In this document: one piece after another, positions 48,494 through 57,539 of the stretch
Numbering within the stretch: position 1 is the stretch's first letter
How the letters are laid out: every line of letters starts with the position of its first letter
Made by a program: the position numbers and the translations under genes
IMG/VR virus record: IMGVR_UViG_3300032244_000667
Span: 3,839-67,838 of that record
DNA: 64,000 nt
Origin: a virus
Lineage: Duplodnaviria > Caudoviricetes
Strand: one strand, 5' to 3'
Notes under the pieces: generated by a model
Told to the model about the DNA's origin: nothing
What the model saw: the letters and a program-made list of their open reading frames with translations, nothing else
The model's database searches: none

Positions 48494-49540
48494 ATGGATC
48501 TGGGCGGGATACGCCCTGACCATGGTGAGTATTTTTACCTACGTCTCCCTGAACCAACTGTGACCGCCACCATCTCGATCGACTCCGAAAGCTGGGACCA
48601 CAAGCCCAGCGCGACGCTCCAGTACCGTAATGAGAAGGACAAGTATGGGAATCCGAAGACGGAGGTGCGGGTGTTAGGTGCCAGGCTGGGGACTGACATT
48701 GAAACCCTGACCCCCAAACAGCTATCCCGGTGTATTGTTAGGGGCCAAACTTGGTCGCCGTTTGTGTTCAACGTCTGTCCGGATTGGAAGAGACGCCGGA
48801 GGCAGGAGGGACTATTTGCTAGTTGCCAGGTACTCGGGGTGGATTACGATGCGGGCGACAGCATCGAAGAGATAGTCACCACCGCCGAACAGCTCGGGAT
48901 CCGGTTCAACATCCTACACCACTCCTTCTCCAGCACACCGGAGCACCCTAAGCTCCGTGGGGTCATCTTTTTGGAGGAGGAGGTCACCGACCTCGAGACC
49001 GCGAAACTGCTAGCCACGGGCCTAGCCTACTCGTTAGGGGGAGACCGGGCTTGCGTGGACACGGCCAGGTTGTATTTCGGCTCCAGGCCCGACTCGATCG
49101 TCCATCTCGACAATGAGGTCTTGACAAGTCTGGACACACTACGGGGGCTTGCGGAGGCGTCTGACGCTGGACGCTATGTCATCACCCGCACCGCCAACGT
49201 CAAGGATCATGATCCGGAGTGGGGAACTCTGCAGGATCAGAGGGTGTTGTGGTCGAAACTGACTCCGGGCAAACGCGAGTTCGTTAAGCGGAAGCTACTC
49301 GGGATTTTGCGGGAAATAGAATCTTTTGACGGGTCGGATGGGACGAGCCGGTACGAGTGCGTGTGGAAGCGGACGAGCCGGATTGCGAGGATGCCAGAAA
49401 CCGTCGGCAATGTCATTTATGATTGGGTACTAGAACGCATTGGTAACAACCCTTACTTTGCGGATTGGGATAAAGACGCTAGCGATATTGTTCGGAACGC
49501 CATCGCATGGAGTCATGACCACGCCGAACCCCCGGTGTAG
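48494..49540 (+). CDS. Primase-polymerase (AEP-like) domain protein
   Basis: GVDYDAG (DxD), HHSFSSTPEHPKLRGVI, DRACVDTARLYFG. Confidence 0.75.
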   Translation: MDLGGIRPDHGEYFYLRLPEPTVTATISIDSESWDHKPSATLQYRNEKDKYGNPKTEVRVLGARLGTDIETLTPKQLSRCIVRGQTWSPFVFNVCPDWKRRRRQEGLFASCQVLGVDYDAGDSIEEIVTTAEQLGIRFNILHHSFSSTPEHPKLRGVIFLEEEVTDLETAKLLATGLAYSLGGDRACVDTARLYFGSRPDSIVHLDNEVLTSLDTLRGLAEASDAGRYVITRTANVKDHDPEWGTLQDQRVLWSKLTPGKREFVKRKLLGILREIESFDGSDGTSRYECVWKRTSRIARMPETVGNVIYDWVLERIGNNPYFADWDKDASDIVRNAIAWSHDHAEPPV

Positions 49541-49545
49541 CAGTC

Positions 49546-49554
49546 GTTGAAAGC
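49546..49554 (+). promoter_or_regulatory. Putative late promoter element GTTGAAAGC
   Basis: Exact motif 32 nt upstream of GTG 49578. Confidence 0.8.
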
Positions 49555-49577
49555 CATATATAAGACTATATGGTTCT

Positions 49578-51377
49578 GTGGCGGAATTTTCCCCAATTGC
49601 TGAGAATTTTACCCCCACCGGTCCTTCTCCCGAAGTGTCGTGGGAAAGCGCCTTAACGACCCCGATACCTGGATATGTCGATACCGATGTATCCGGATCC
49701 TCAGATTTTGATGTCTCTGATGATCCCTATGCGTTCCCTTCAGTAAGCGGGGCCGCCGTCTCCGTAGAGCAAAGACTAAGCAAGATCTCATTTGTCCAGG
49801 GCACATCGGGGCAGATGTCCTCGTCGATTGCGTATATTCGTTACTGGTCGCGCAAGGGTACACAGCAGAAGACGACCGTGAGCGATAATCCGGTAAACGG
49901 GGCGGTCTCGGATCCGCAGGACGCTCTGCTGAGCCAGATAAACACCCTGTCGTATGGTACCAATCTCGACCTGGCCCCCGCAATCCAGCCTACCTTACAA
50001 CCAGGGCCGGCACTAACCATACCAACCAACACAGCATATCAGAGTCGGCCCAGGCAGCCCGTGCCGACCCTAACCCCCGCCTCGGGGGCATCGTCCCTTA
50101 ATCGCCTCGGATCGATCTTCAGCGCCAATCCTGGGGGGACAACGGCCCCGGCCTGGGCCAACCCGTTCGCCTCTCAACCAGCCGCTCCGTCACCCGACAA
50201 CGCCGTCTGGCAGTTTCTATTCAACCCCGAAGAGCTACAGTTAAGTTCGGGTCCCGATTTCAACCGGGCCGAGACTTGGGGCGTGTCGGATCCCGCCAAT
50301 AGCGGCCAGCCACTGTCCTGGCGTAGCAACAAGAACCGCAAGCTGACGTTCGGCAAGGTGCTGTTGCACGGGTATACGTTTGGGCGGAGGGTCGATAGCC
50401 TTGAGAAGGGCTTGCAGCAGTTGTTTCTCGCCCGGGATGGGGAGAATGGGGCCGATGGTCCTCCGGTCCTCGAGTTCGTGTGGGGGCAGCGGGTGTTCGG
50501 TCCCTGCGTAATCCAGAATATCCAGGTCCGGGAGAAAGCGTGGGACAAAGGCCTTCTGGTCAATGCCGAAGTGTCATTCGACCTGGAGCAAGTCCCGGAG
50601 TGGACTATTAACGATGAGTTTGTTGATGTGTTGAGGCCGGGCCGGCAGTCAACAGTCAACGATCCGACCGTAGCGTCGGAGGGGTATAGGGATACTTCGG
50701 GTGGTGATGACAAAGAAGGAAAGGAAGAGCCAAAAGATGACAAAGGTGGTGGAGGGGGTAAAGCTGCCCCTGGTACTCAAGAATCCCAACTAAAACAAAG
50801 GCAGAAGGTGTGCAATGATGCTGAAAAATTATATAAAGACGGGTTTTTAGATCTTATAGATAAAATTGATAAAAATCAACTACCTAACTATGGTTATGGA
50901 GGTTCTTCAGATAAAACTCGGGAAAGAGTAAATGCCCTTTTAAATTCTTATATTGTCCTCCTAAAAAGAGTTCAAAATAGTATTCCGAGGTCGTCTAAGA
51001 TTAATAAACTTTACTCTGAGAGAGAGATGAAAGATGCTATTAATAACTATTATTTGGCAGACCCCAGTTCAACCCAAAAATTACAAGCTAAATCGAGGTC
51101 CCTTGTTCTGTTAAAACAGGCTTCTACCTCTGTGGGTAACATTGCCAAAAATTATTACACCTCCGAGACATGTAAAAAAACACCAGAAAATATAGAAAAA
51201 CTTAAGACCTCTCAGGTGTCCAAAAACGAAAGAACATATCTCTGTAACAACATAAAGGAAAATAAACCTTGCACTATATTAGGAGGGGATGTTAGGACAA
51301 ACCCTTGCAGTAAAAAGGTCTTCAGGTGTGTTGTAAAAGAAAACTCTACTGTCACTGTATACAGAGAGGTTAAATAG
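49578..51377 (+). CDS. Tail tube initiator/baseplate protein (eCIS tube-like core) with variable extensions
   Basis: FLFNPEELQL..PPVLEFVWG..GPCVIQNIQV..AEVSFDL core; Pro/Ser-rich N-part; AT-rich Cys-containing C-part; upstream of tape measure. Confidence 0.65.
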   Translation: MAEFSPIAENFTPTGPSPEVSWESALTTPIPGYVDTDVSGSSDFDVSDDPYAFPSVSGAAVSVEQRLSKISFVQGTSGQMSSSIAYIRYWSRKGTQQKTTVSDNPVNGAVSDPQDALLSQINTLSYGTNLDLAPAIQPTLQPGPALTIPTNTAYQSRPRQPVPTLTPASGASSLNRLGSIFSANPGGTTAPAWANPFASQPAAPSPDNAVWQFLFNPEELQLSSGPDFNRAETWGVSDPANSGQPLSWRSNKNRKLTFGKVLLHGYTFGRRVDSLEKGLQQLFLARDGENGADGPPVLEFVWGQRVFGPCVIQNIQVREKAWDKGLLVNAEVSFDLEQVPEWTINDEFVDVLRPGRQSTVNDPTVASEGYRDTSGGDDKEGKEEPKDDKGGGGGKAAPGTQESQLKQRQKVCNDAEKLYKDGFLDLIDKIDKNQLPNYGYGGSSDKTRERVNALLNSYIVLLKRVQNSIPRSSKINKLYSEREMKDAINNYYLADPSSTQKLQAKSRSLVLLKQASTSVGNIAKNYYTSETCKKTPENIEKLKTSQVSKNERTYLCNNIKENKPCTILGGDVRTNPCSKKVFRCVVKENSTVTVYREVK

Positions 51378-51382
51378 GTACT

Positions 51383-54300
51383 TTGGCAATCTCCAACCTC
51401 CAACTTAACGTAACGGCCAACACGGCCCGCGCCCTAGCCGACTTTAACAAGTTCTCGAGATCACTCGACAACAAATTCCTGGTCAGCGGCCTGAAGCTCG
51501 ATGTGGTCCGGGGTGCCCTCAGCCAGATCAATCGGGATTTCCAACGAGCTATCGGCGAGCAGGGACTAGCTAGTGCCTCGTCTCTGCGGGCTGCCCAGAA
51601 CCAAGCCGCGTTGTTGACCCAAACCTTTAAGGGTTTTGCGTCCGAGTCGGCTTTAGCCATTACCACCAACATCGGCACCGCGTTGAATCGGGTGGCGGTG
51701 ACGGCCGGCGGCACGATGAAGGACGTCCAGAAAACTTTGCTGGCCACCCCATTCATCTCGACAAAACTCAGCGAAGATGTCCGGCTCGGATTAAGCAAGG
51801 GCATACTGGACTTCCAGAAGAATATTCGCCGAGCCGGATTGGGAGAAAATTTCGGCGGTGTCGCTCAGCAATTCCTCATGGGGACCAAGACCACCATGCA
51901 AATGGTGCAGTCTGGCAATCCGCTCGAGATGTTCTTGGGGTCCGAGCTAATCAAACGTGGTGCGGGTGTAGGAGAGATTGCCGATCCTAAGGTGCGCAGC
52001 GAGCTCCTGGGGCTAGTCACTGGGGACAAGGAGCTATCCAATCAACTAGATATAGCGGCGAAACGGGCGGCTGGTTTCCGGATCATCCTGGAGGATATGA
52101 ACTCGACCCTGTTTAACCCGGAGTCCGGGGTATTCGGGTCGTTGAGAAAGGTTGTGGATTCGGCCGGGAAATCCACCACGATGTTTGATGAAGTCGGGAA
52201 GTTAGTCGAGCAGGTTTTTGGTGACAACGGTATGTTCGCCACCCTGGTCAAGTCTTTCCGGTCCGTGTTCGGCTCTGGAGACCCGATGCGGCCGTTCATC
52301 GACGGGGTCCAGTTCATGACCCGGATCTTTAAGTCGATTACCGATTACTTTAATACTCCGGGGTTCAAGGCCGTACTTGGGTACGTTAAGGATATTGTCG
52401 ACCGGGTCACTAGTGTGTTTACCGGCATATATCAGCAGATAAGGGGGGGTGGGTTTAACGCCAGTGAGATTACCCGCGCCATTGGGGAGATCGGAAACTC
52501 GATACGCGGGTATATCCGTCAATTCGGTGAAGCAATTCGGAACAAAGATGTATCGGGCGAGAGCGGATTTGCCGGGGATATTCTTGGGACTTTGGTTGAG
52601 GAGGTAGGACGCACCGCAGTCGTCCTTATCAAGGAGCTGTTGATGACTCTGGTGGACAAGGTTCCGGAGATTGCCACTGCCGTGTTGCCTGCCATCAACA
52701 AGGGCATCAATGCCATCCTGACTGAAGCTTTTGGTCAGACCGGTGCCGCTATGGTCAAGTTCATCGCAGGATTCGTCCCGGGACCGATTGGCATGATCGC
52801 TAGGGCCAGCGCGGTAGGCGATGTGACCGGAGGTGGTGGTAGTGTCGGTAGCATGTTGGCGATGGGTGCCGCTGCTGCACTGACACCAGGGTCAGTGATG
52901 GCCGCTAGGGGGTTTGCTAGCCGTCAGATGGCGGCGACTCGCCAACACCTAGGTGGATTTGGTCTACCGTTCCAATACGGATACGGGGTTGCTAGGGGAG
53001 CTGGAAACCTACTCGGTATGGGACTGCAGGGAGCTGGGAATCTATCCTCGAGACTCTTGGGTGGGTTAAGGTCCGGACCTGGAGCGACGGTCTCAGGTTA
53101 CCTGGGAGGAATAGGTCCCCTGCTTAGGGGGGGCGCTAGTGCAGTGCAGGGGCAATATTCCGCCCTATCCGGATTCGCGATGGGGCAAAGATCCCAGTTC
53201 ATGACAGGATTCAGACCTCCATTCCCCAATGTGGCAGTTGGTGCTGGGACTACACGTGCATACAACTTGGGACAGTTCGCCAAAAATTTCCCAGGTATGG
53301 TGAGCGGCTTACCGTCAAACATACTCAGCTCCCTGGGTGATGTGGCAACATCTGCTAGCAATGCTGTTGCTCCTATCGCAAGGGCGGGCAGGTCTTTGGG
53401 ATCAGGTGTTGCTACGTTCGGTAGAGCTGTGGCATCACAGGCAGTATATGCAGCTTTGGAGATCCAAAGGGCGGGTAGGATGTTCTCTCGCGGTCGTCCC
53501 ATGGTACAAGCCGGAATGGCGTTCAGGAGGTTTGCCCCAGGGGCTTTAGTTGGGGGTGGAGTGGTACTGGGCAGCCAACTCCTCGGAAACAGTATCGGTG
53601 GAGATGCTGGAAAACAGGTATCGGGTGTGGGGGCCATGTTGGGCGGGGGTATTTCAGGTGCAAGTACTGGTGCGATGATTGGGTCGGTGATTGCTCCGGG
53701 GGTGGGTACCGCCGTTGGTGCGGTGATAGGGGGGATTATAGGAGCTATAGCCCCGTTGATGGATAAGGGTGTCCGGGAGGGGGTGGTCAAATTTGTAACA
53801 AATATGGGAACTAGCTTAAACAACATACTTGAATATTTTACCAAAGGCACCCAAGAAAACTGGTCTAAAGCTATAGACTTCATGGGGTCTGCAGTAAAGT
53901 TTTTTGTCAACGGTCTGGTTGGCATGCTTAACGGTATTCTTACCGCCACACAGATCATCCCGCGCATGATAATGGGGATGGTAGAAGGTATATATCAAAA
54001 TTCATCGGCACTTAAACTAATACCGGGACTAGGGAGTTCGATCGGTGCGGCCAAATCAGTTGCATACTTTCAAGTCCCTTACATGTTTGCCGGCAAGGAT
54101 TATGCCGGTCCGGCCATGGCCCTCGAGGCCCGGATGAGTGGTCGCCGCCCGATGGTTGTTAACGATGGGGAGTTTGTCATCCCTCGCGACGGGTTCCCGA
54201 CACTGGCCGGTCTGGTAGGCGACAATCTCCGGAGTACCGGAGCCATGAACCACGGTACTTCCCAACCCGTCCAGGTAAACGTCACCCTAGCCATTACCAC

Positions 54301-54427
54301 CAACTCAGTTGTTGCCGATCCCAACGAACTTGCCAACGCCCTCCGCGACCCCGTGTACAAGATTATCGGCGAAGCATGGAATGAGGCGTACAACTCCACC
54401 CGGATCCACCGACCCAAAGTGAGCTAA
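51383..54427 (+). CDS. Tape measure protein
   Basis: 1014 aa Ala/Gly-rich helical protein with GAMIGSVIAPGVGTAVGAVIGG and MVVNDGEFVIP motifs. Confidence 0.85.
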   Translation: MAISNLQLNVTANTARALADFNKFSRSLDNKFLVSGLKLDVVRGALSQINRDFQRAIGEQGLASASSLRAAQNQAALLTQTFKGFASESALAITTNIGTALNRVAVTAGGTMKDVQKTLLATPFISTKLSEDVRLGLSKGILDFQKNIRRAGLGENFGGVAQQFLMGTKTTMQMVQSGNPLEMFLGSELIKRGAGVGEIADPKVRSELLGLVTGDKELSNQLDIAAKRAAGFRIILEDMNSTLFNPESGVFGSLRKVVDSAGKSTTMFDEVGKLVEQVFGDNGMFATLVKSFRSVFGSGDPMRPFIDGVQFMTRIFKSITDYFNTPGFKAVLGYVKDIVDRVTSVFTGIYQQIRGGGFNASEITRAIGEIGNSIRGYIRQFGEAIRNKDVSGESGFAGDILGTLVEEVGRTAVVLIKELLMTLVDKVPEIATAVLPAINKGINAILTEAFGQTGAAMVKFIAGFVPGPIGMIARASAVGDVTGGGGSVGSMLAMGAAAALTPGSVMAARGFASRQMAATRQHLGGFGLPFQYGYGVARGAGNLLGMGLQGAGNLSSRLLGGLRSGPGATVSGYLGGIGPLLRGGASAVQGQYSALSGFAMGQRSQFMTGFRPPFPNVAVGAGTTRAYNLGQFAKNFPGMVSGLPSNILSSLGDVATSASNAVAPIARAGRSLGSGVATFGRAVASQAVYAALEIQRAGRMFSRGRPMVQAGMAFRRFAPGALVGGGVVLGSQLLGNSIGGDAGKQVSGVGAMLGGGISGASTGAMIGSVIAPGVGTAVGAVIGGIIGAIAPLMDKGVREGVVKFVTNMGTSLNNILEYFTKGTQENWSKAIDFMGSAVKFFVNGLVGMLNGILTATQIIPRMIMGMVEGIYQNSSALKLIPGLGSSIGAAKSVAYFQVPYMFAGKDYAGPAMALEARMSGRRPMVVNDGEFVIPRDGFPTLAGLVGDNLRSTGAMNHGTSQPVQVNVTLAITTNSVVADPNELANALRDPVYKIIGEAWNEAYNSTRIHRPKVS

Positions 54428-54434
54428 CCACACC

Positions 54435-54977
54435 ATGGCCAACCTAGTCAACAGCATCCAAACCATCCCCAACCGTATCGATACGGCCGAACTGGCTCGG
54501 ATCAAAAATCAGTTCAGGTTGAGGGACCGTAGTAACTCCGATCTATCCGGATCGATACGGGCCGACCGTAGCAACCCGGTCCGGGTATTTGATACTCTGG
54601 CCACACCCGCCTCGCTGGAGTCCACCACCCTCCGGGGTCTATCGTACCCGCTCGAGCTCGATAACAATGGGGGTCTGAAAGTGGCGTACGGCATCGACCG
54701 CATCGCCCAGGCCATCCGCGAAGTGTTCGAGACCCGGATCGGTGAACGAGTAGCCAATCCGTTTATGGGTGTACGCGAGCTGTTGTTCGAAACTATCAGC
54801 GAGGATGCCGAAGCCCAGTCGATTAAACGCCAGCTACTATCGGCTATCCCTTACCTCCGTCCGGAAAACCTCTCCGTCTCGATGTCTATCGATGAGTCGG
54901 GCACATGTTACATCGTGTGCCGGTATGCCGTCGAAGGTGTCAGTGAGGTGCTGGTCAGGTATAACTTCAGCGCGTAG
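54435..54977 (+). CDS. Baseplate wedge gp25-like protein
   Basis: IAQAIREVFETRIGERVANPFMG..LLFE signature. Confidence 0.85.
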   Translation: MANLVNSIQTIPNRIDTAELARIKNQFRLRDRSNSDLSGSIRADRSNPVRVFDTLATPASLESTTLRGLSYPLELDNNGGLKVAYGIDRIAQAIREVFETRIGERVANPFMGVRELLFETISEDAEAQSIKRQLLSAIPYLRPENLSVSMSIDESGTCYIVCRYAVEGVSEVLVRYNFSA

Positions 54978-54986
54978 CCCAATCCC

Positions 54987-54995
54987 GTTGAAAGC
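54987..54995 (+). promoter_or_regulatory. Putative late promoter element GTTGAAAGC
   Basis: Exact motif; ATG 55001 begins at the conserved A six bases after it. Confidence 0.8.
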
Positions 54996-55000
54996 CCTAT

Positions 55001-55438
55001 ATGGGTAAGTCACTCTCCCGGCTTAAAGATTTCTCATCCTTTGGTCTCGACACCCAAGAGATGATCTTGTCTCAGCTTAGCGCGATCGACCTTGACCGTA
55101 TCGGTCCAAAGTCCATTGCGACTGTAGGTAAAAGCCTCATCAAGATTATCTCCCAGAGTCACCGATACCAGGAAGAATCTGACAACGACGAGGTCCGGGA
55201 GAATTGGCTAGCTGTTCGGGAGATGAGCCTGGATATCCTCGAATCCATCTTGGCGAGGTTCCAGGAGCTTAGTGACAAGGCCGAAATCGCCGAGTGGGAC
55301 AGGTCGGCCGTGCTCAGCCTCCTGGCCGACATTAGCAAGGTGTGTCATGATGAGCAGAAACGCACCGAGGATCAGATAAAGGCCGGGGCGGGCAAAGAGC
55401 TCAGCACCGAGCTGTTGAACGAAATCCTAGGAATTTAA
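55001..55438 (+). CDS. Helical late protein, possible terminase small subunit
   Basis: 145 aa, all-helical, C-terminal LSTELLNEIL; TerS assignment is speculative. Confidence 0.45.
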   Translation: MGKSLSRLKDFSSFGLDTQEMILSQLSAIDLDRIGPKSIATVGKSLIKIISQSHRYQEESDNDEVRENWLAVREMSLDILESILARFQELSDKAEIAEWDRSAVLSLLADISKVCHDEQKRTEDQIKAGAGKELSTELLNEILGI

Positions 55439-55442
55439 CACC

Positions 55443-55655
55443 ATGATGAACATCGATCAGGCGAGAGCCGCAGACCCGGTAGTGAAGATGGCCGATGCTG
55501 GTGGCATCTCGATCCTCGACCCCAAAAAGCCCCAAAAGCACAAGGAACGGGAGGATGTATCCGATGCTGGCGGTGTAACCGAGCCGGTGTTCCAAGCCGA
55601 GGAAAGCAATCTGAATATCGAGATTCCCCAGGGTTGGAAGGTTTCCGGGCGTTGA
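55443..55655 (+). CDS. Small late protein with C-terminal IEIPQGWKV tag
   Basis: 70 aa; ACCATG start; stop codon lies inside the next late motif. Confidence 0.6.
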   Translation: MMNIDQARAADPVVKMADAGGISILDPKKPQKHKEREDVSDAGGVTEPVFQAEESNLNIEIPQGWKVSGR

Positions 55656-55659
55656 AAGC
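55651..55659 (+). promoter_or_regulatory. Putative late promoter element GTTGAAAGC
   Basis: Exact motif 31 nt upstream of GTG 55682. Confidence 0.8.
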
Positions 55660-55681
55660 AATATAGATAGTAAGTACTGCT

Positions 55682-57517
55682 GTGGATTTCCAAGACCCGC
55701 CCAAATCAGAAAAAGTTGCTCGTAACCCGAACAACTTCAACATCCTGAAGGGTGGAAAGGTCGATCCGCGCTCCAAGCTGTATCAGAGGTCGGTTGCTGG
55801 ACGCGAACAGCTCAAGGATTACCTGAGCCGGCTGTCAAATAGCGGTGCGGATGAGGCCGATGTGTTCATGGCTGGCGTCAAGAGCTTGATGAATCGGGGT
55901 CATGGTTATGTCGGCGCGTATCTGGATAGTAAGAATCCGGGACGTAGATACGAAAAGAACCAGGCCATGGCCATCACCGACAAAGTGATGACTGATGAAG
56001 GGATTGGCGAACATCCTGGTGCTAGGTTGACCAAGCCGAAAGTAACAGACGAGGAGGGCAATATCGACAAAGAGGCCACTAAGGAGGCGAGGGACAAACG
56101 GAAAGAAGCTAATGCGGGGCGCGGATCAGGTCCCCAACAGGCTCCAGGTCCCTCGGCTAAACCGGTTGGTCAGCAACGCAAAGAGGGAAAGCGCGAGAGC
56201 ACGGGTCAAGCCCTAGAAGATAGCCGCCGGGAAGGTATAGGTGACGTAGCTAAAGGTCCGGCCTCGGAGTGGCAAAATACCCTCGAGAGTAGAATGAAGG
56301 GTGAGGCAAGCACCCAGGATGTGTTGTCCGCATTCCAGAAACAGTATCAGAGCCAGATTGGTGGTAAGAAAAAAGCCGCTCCTGGTGAAGGGGCTCCTGG
56401 TCCCAGCCAAGCTCCGGGCAGTGCAGCACAGCCCCCGGCCGAAGAGGCTGTTACCCCCGAAGAAGAAACGGAAGAGACCGGGAAACCCTCGGCTGACGAA
56501 GTTACCATCTCAAGTAAGTTTAAAGAACTGGTTGAGGGTAATATCAAGAGCAATTTGCCCTCAACTGACAAAAACGCACTTGAGGGTAGTATCCAAGAGG
56601 CTATAGAAATCCTTGAAGATGAGTATGATGTGGATCCAGAAGTTGCCAGAGCTGCGATATTTAGAAGGTTCAATAATAAGTTGATTGGTGGGAGAAAAAT
56701 TGTTTTCGATCCATCTTCTGCTCCCGAAAGGCCCGGTCAGAAAGAATCTGCACCCGAGCCGAAGGCTGCGGCCCCTACCGCTGCGCCGGAGGCTGAAACA
56801 CCATCCGCTGCTCCAGAAGCTAAAACTCCACAACCCGGACAGCAAGAGGCTGCGGCACCACAGGGCGGCGGTCAAGAGGCCCAGGCTCCGGCCTCTGCGG
56901 CACCGAAGAAACCCAAAGGTGGTCTCAATATCCCCAAACAACCTGCTCGCAGGGGCGGTGGTGGATTCACCCCCGAGATTGGTAAGCAGGCCATCGACAC
57001 CATCCGCCAAGCCGCATCTGAGGGCAAGAGCGTGGAGGAGATTGTCGAGCAATTCAATCAGGGCAACCTGTTCCCGGGAGGTCTAGTCACCGACACCGCC
57101 CAAACCAATCCGCTGGAGGGAGGTAGCACACCGGCAAGTCCGGCTTCCCCTAAAGCCCCCCAGACCCAGGAGGAGAGAGGTGGCAGCCTTCTTGACGAGC
57201 AAGGACAGGCTAAGGACTTCCGCAAGTCCGGTCCTCAACCAACAGGAGGTGGTGGTTCCAGACAGCTCCCTCTCCCACTGGGTAGAGATAATAGTGCCGC
57301 TAAGTTAAAGGGTAGAGCCGATGTGGAAAAGAGGCGCCTGGCGAAACAGGAAAAATCCCTCGGTAAGCCTAGTCCCCGTCCTCGCAAATCAGGGAAATCC
57401 CCAGTCCAGCCAGAGCTCTTTACAAAGTCCGGCAACCCGCGCCAATTCAATACGGGAGAGGGGGGTAACATGTCATACGACGAATTCTCCCAGTCCGTAC
57501 GCTCCATGATGCGGTAA
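55682..57517 (+). CDS. Large, largely disordered late protein (possible internal head protein)
   Basis: 611 aa rich in A/P/E/K/Q/G with AAPEA-type repeats; late motif upstream. Confidence 0.6.
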   Translation: MDFQDPPKSEKVARNPNNFNILKGGKVDPRSKLYQRSVAGREQLKDYLSRLSNSGADEADVFMAGVKSLMNRGHGYVGAYLDSKNPGRRYEKNQAMAITDKVMTDEGIGEHPGARLTKPKVTDEEGNIDKEATKEARDKRKEANAGRGSGPQQAPGPSAKPVGQQRKEGKRESTGQALEDSRREGIGDVAKGPASEWQNTLESRMKGEASTQDVLSAFQKQYQSQIGGKKKAAPGEGAPGPSQAPGSAAQPPAEEAVTPEEETEETGKPSADEVTISSKFKELVEGNIKSNLPSTDKNALEGSIQEAIEILEDEYDVDPEVARAAIFRRFNNKLIGGRKIVFDPSSAPERPGQKESAPEPKAAAPTAAPEAETPSAAPEAKTPQPGQQEAAAPQGGGQEAQAPASAAPKKPKGGLNIPKQPARRGGGGFTPEIGKQAIDTIRQAASEGKSVEEIVEQFNQGNLFPGGLVTDTAQTNPLEGGSTPASPASPKAPQTQEERGGSLLDEQGQAKDFRKSGPQPTGGGGSRQLPLPLGRDNSAAKLKGRADVEKRRLAKQEKSLGKPSPRPRKSGKSPVQPELFTKSGNPRQFNTGEGGNMSYDEFSQSVRSMMR

Positions 57518-57519
57518 AC

Positions 57520-57530
57520 TGTGTTATGAT
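57520..57530 (+). promoter_or_regulatory. Putative extended -10 promoter TGTGTTATGAT
   Basis: Fills the 22-nt gap before ATG 57540. Confidence 0.55.
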
Positions 57531-57539
57531 CGGGGTACT

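Noticed and set aside
49578-51383. Programmed frameshift tail-assembly chaperones upstream of the tape measure
   Set aside because: The upstream gene is a single long tube-initiator-like ORF; no overlapping G/GT-type pair was found.
53098-53967. Long antisense ORFs (also 16167-16892, 31421-32041, 35175-35786, 43356-43946, 58593-59318, 34626-34940)
   Set aside because: They shadow well-supported genes on the opposite strand and lack motifs or promoter support.
14710-54977. Stand-alone bacterial contractile injection system (eCIS/T6SS)
   Set aside because: Terminase, replication and RNR genes are interleaved with the tail genes, indicating a complete phage.
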